This document shows, piece after piece, positions 38,755 through 41,532 of a stretch of DNA of 41,532 nucleotides. The translations under genes were made by a program, and so were the position numbers. Position 1 is the first letter of the stretch, and each line of letters begins with the position of its first letter. Under the pieces are notes generated by a model. That model saw only the letters and a program-made list of their open reading frames with translations, made no database searches and was not told the DNA's origin. This DNA is from Deltaproteobacteria bacterium (GTDB lineage: Bacteria > Desulfobacterota > Desulfobacteria > Desulfobacterales > SURF-15): NCBI GenBank assembly GCA_013349495.1, contig DUZK01000003.1, positions 1 through 41,532 of the forward strand, written 5' to 3'.

Positions 38755-39597
38755 ATGCTCGAAATCGAAGATCTTTCAAAAGTTTATCCCACAGGAACCG
38801 AGGCGCTGAAAAAAGTCAGCCTCACCGTGGACACACCCCAGGTGGTCACCATCATAGGCCCTTCCGGTGCCGGGAAGAGCACTCTTATCCGTTGCATCAA
38901 TCGTTTGATTGAGCCCACATCCGGGAGGGTCTTTTTGGATGGAACCAATGTGGTAATTTTGGGCCGGCGTGAACTTCGCAAGGTGCGACGTCGCATCGGT
39001 ATGATCTTTCAGGAATTCAACCTGGTAGAACGCCTGACCGTTATGGAGAATTTGCTCTCCGGCCGTCTGGGCTATGTCGGTTTCTGGAGGACCTATCGCC
39101 GAAAATTTCCACGGGCGGATGTTGTCGCCGCCTTCAGACTTCTCGACCGTGTCGGTCTCGCCGGCTATCAAAACACACGGGCCGATGCTTTGTCCGGCGG
39201 TCAACGCCAGCGTGTGGGCATCTCGCGGGCGCTCATGCAGCAGCCGGATCTATTGCTCGTGGATGAACCGACGGCGAGCCTGGATCCGAAAACCTCGCGC
39301 CAGATCATGCGGCTCTTGGTTGAATTGGCCCATGAACGCGGTACACCGGCACTTGTTAACATTCATGACGTCGGACTTGCTCAGTCTTTTGCCGACCGGA
39401 TTATTGGTCTGGCTGAGGGAAAAATCGTCTTCGACGGGACACCCCGGCAGGTAACGGCCCAGGTCCTGACCCGCATTTACGGGGAAGAGGACTGGAGCAC
39501 AACCATTCGGAAAGTCGACGAAAACGGTGAGGCGGACACGAAAAAAGGATCGTCCAAACGAAAGGATACCCTCGATGAGGAGGCTGCTACGGGATGA
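38755..39597 (+). CDS. phnC: Phosphonate ABC ATPase
   Basis: [32 protein letters not shown]. Confidence 0.92.
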   Translation: MLEIEDLSKVYPTGTEALKKVSLTVDTPQVVTIIGPSGAGKSTLIRCINRLIEPTSGRVFLDGTNVVILGRRELRKVRRRIGMIFQEFNLVERLTVMENLLSGRLGYVGFWRTYRRKFPRADVVAAFRLLDRVGLAGYQNTRADALSGGQRQRVGISRALMQQPDLLLVDEPTASLDPKTSRQIMRLLVELAHERGTPALVNIHDVGLAQSFADRIIGLAEGKIVFDGTPRQVTAQVLTRIYGEEDWSTTIRKVDENGEADTKKGSSKRKDTLDEEAATG

Positions 39598-40409
39598 ATG
39601 CATCTGCCCGGCCGCAGGCTGAAGGATCGCTTCAATGGCACCGAATCCGTATGATTGAACACCCGCTGATTCGGTACGGATTGACCGTTTTGGCCATCGC
39701 TTATCTTTTCTGGTCTGTGGGCGCCCTCGACATCGATTGGTCCCGGATGGCGGCCGGCCTGCCGCGTGCAAAAAACATGGTTGTGAGAATGATACCCCCG
39801 GATTTCAGCCGTACGCAACTGCTGGTTAGGGGGGTGCTCGAAAGCGTTCAGATGGCATTGATAGCCAGCTTTCTCGGCATGATTCTGGCAATTCCACTGG
39901 GCATTTGCGGTGCCTCCAATCTCGTACCAAAGCCGATTTACTTGATCGCACGCACTTTCATCATCCTGTCGCGCACCTTTCACGAAATTCTTGTTGCGAT
40001 TCTCTTTGTTAAAATTTTCAGTTTCGGACCCCTGGCCGGGGTGCTGACACTCACGGTGTCCAGCACCAGCTTTATTTCAAAGATGTTGGCCGAGGACATC
40101 GAAAACATGCCCTCGGGGCAAATGGAGGCGGTTCGCGCCACCGGAGCCAATTTCCCCAAGCTTTTGACCTATTGCATCTCGCCCCAGGCATTACCGCGCT
40201 ATCTGGGTGTATCCATCTACCGGTTGGACGCCAATCTTCGCCATTCAACGGTGGTCGGAATCGTCGGCGGCGGCGGTATCGGACAGGTCTTGGCCGCCTC
40301 ATTCAGCCGCTATGACTATGATTTCAGCCTGGCGATTATCTTAAGCATTATTGCGTTGGTTATCGTTGGCGAATTTTTCTCAAGCTGGGTGCGGGAGCGA
40401 TTGAGATGA
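39594..40409 (+). CDS. phnE: Phosphonate ABC permease
   Basis: [25 protein letters not shown]. Confidence 0.92.
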   Translation: MNASARPQAEGSLQWHRIRMIEHPLIRYGLTVLAIAYLFWSVGALDIDWSRMAAGLPRAKNMVVRMIPPDFSRTQLLVRGVLESVQMALIASFLGMILAIPLGICGASNLVPKPIYLIARTFIILSRTFHEILVAILFVKIFSFGPLAGVLTLTVSSTSFISKMLAEDIENMPSGQMEAVRATGANFPKLLTYCISPQALPRYLGVSIYRLDANLRHSTVVGIVGGGGIGQVLAASFSRYDYDFSLAIILSIIALVIVGEFFSSWVRERLR

Positions 40410-41218
40410 CCGTTGAGCAGCACAAGAACAAATACCCCGAGGTGTGGCGCCGTTTCAGCCCGCGTGAAACACTGACCCGCTATAGCTGGTATCTGGGCAT
40501 TGTCTTCATTGCTGCCTGGTCGGTGAGTCATTTAGACATTCCCTGGATCTACTTTCTGGACGCCCACATCCAGGCCATGGACCTGGTCACACGAATGTGG
40601 CCGCCTGATTGGGAATACGTTGCGGAACTGATTGAACCGTTGCTCGAAACCATCCACATCGCAACCATAGGCACTGTCGTAACCGTTATCATCGCATTTC
40701 CCATAGCGTTTCTTTCAGCGCGAAACACCACTTTCAACACAGCAACATGGATGATCGGCCGTTTCATTCTGGTCGCCTCGCGATCGGTTAACACAGTCGT
40801 TTGGGGCCTGCTGTTCGTTGCCATATTCGGGCCGGGGCCGATGGCCGGTATATGGGCCATTGCGTTCCGATCCATCGGTTTCATGGGCAAGTTGGTGGCT
40901 GAAGCCATTGAAGAAATCGATGAGGGGATTGTGGAGGCGATCGAGGCGACGGGTGCGTCGCGCCTGCAGGTGCTCTGGATCGGAATTCTGCCACAGGTCC
41001 TGCCCGTGATCTATGGAACCACGGTGTACCGCTGGGATATCAATATCCGCGAATCCACCGTACTCGGTTTTGTGGGTGCCGGTGGCATCGGCATCCTTCT
41101 CTACTCCTCCATTAACCAGTTCCTGTGGCAGGAGGTCACCGTCATTCTCATCACGGTTTTCGGTGTGGTGCTTGTCAGCGAATTTGTATCCGCTACGGTC
41201 AGGAAACGCATCAGCTGA
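40406..41218 (+). CDS. phnE: Phosphonate ABC permease (second)
   Basis: EAIEATGA, NIRESTVLGFVGAGGIG. Confidence 0.92.
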   Translation: MTVEQHKNKYPEVWRRFSPRETLTRYSWYLGIVFIAAWSVSHLDIPWIYFLDAHIQAMDLVTRMWPPDWEYVAELIEPLLETIHIATIGTVVTVIIAFPIAFLSARNTTFNTATWMIGRFILVASRSVNTVVWGLLFVAIFGPGPMAGIWAIAFRSIGFMGKLVAEAIEEIDEGIVEAIEATGASRLQVLWIGILPQVLPVIYGTTVYRWDINIRESTVLGFVGAGGIGILLYSSINQFLWQEVTVILITVFGVVLVSEFVSATVRKRIS

Positions 41219-41449
41219 CACCGGCAATACGCGTTGTCTCATGGCAAGCCTCTTAAAGATTGATTGGATATCCAGAGCAAACTTGGATTATTTTCATTTA
41301 TGTCGATAGCTTGGATACTCTCAATATATCTGCGCCGGTTCATATCAGGTTTTTTGGAATACATTGCATTTTGGCACGGATGACATTATGATAGTAATGA
41401 TATTCGAAGACATATCATCGATTGTTGGCCCAATGAATGGAAAGACAAA

Positions 41450-41532
41450 ATGCTGAGACAAAGTGTATACATAGAGACAACTGTAGTAAGTTATCTCGCT
41501 GCTCGTCCCCGCAGAGATTTGATCGTTGCAGC
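41450..41532 (+). CDS. PIN-domain protein, N-terminus only (runs off the window)
   Basis: MLRQSVYIETTVVSYLAARPRRDLIVA matches the VYIETxxxSYL PIN N-terminal pattern. Confidence 0.7.
   Translation, partial: MLRQSVYIETTVVSYLAARPRRDLIVA

Noticed and set aside
41371-41388. TGGCACG as a sigma54 -24 box
   Set aside because: No TTGC at the -12 position.

Overview
A 41.5 kb mosaic bacterial region. Gene content (flavodiiron protein, DVU0298-like HEAT protein, corrinoid proteins) suggests an anaerobic Desulfobacterota-like organism; this is inference. In order it holds: an fprA-ferredoxin-HEAT cluster, an RND permease plus adaptor, a Usp, a Cys-rich AbrB-fold (HgcC-like) gene coupled to arsM, and two decayed IS91-family (HUH) elements that converge and share an identical 15-nt terminus. 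The first element is split by a 4.4 kb insert carrying an S8 protease, a secreted protein, a truncated SH3b-like gene and a structured leader ahead of a truncated prepilin-like start. Further along are two Phd/VapC pairs, an NTase-XRE pair, a corrinoid protein with a URO-D-family partner, msrAB, several small enzymes, a B12 radical SAM, an FbpABC-like ABC transporter with a second URO-D-family gene, phnDCEE and a truncated PIN gene at the right edge. Intergenic DNA carries several families of very small palindromic or tandem-repeat elements that nest in one another and appear to truncate or edit genes. The strongest leads are the AbrB/HgcC-like plus arsM unit with a 9-nt-periodic operator, the family of 19-39 nt hairpin insertions, and the split IS91 element. 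No rRNA, tRNA or CRISPR array was seen. All family calls come from motif recognition, not database searches.
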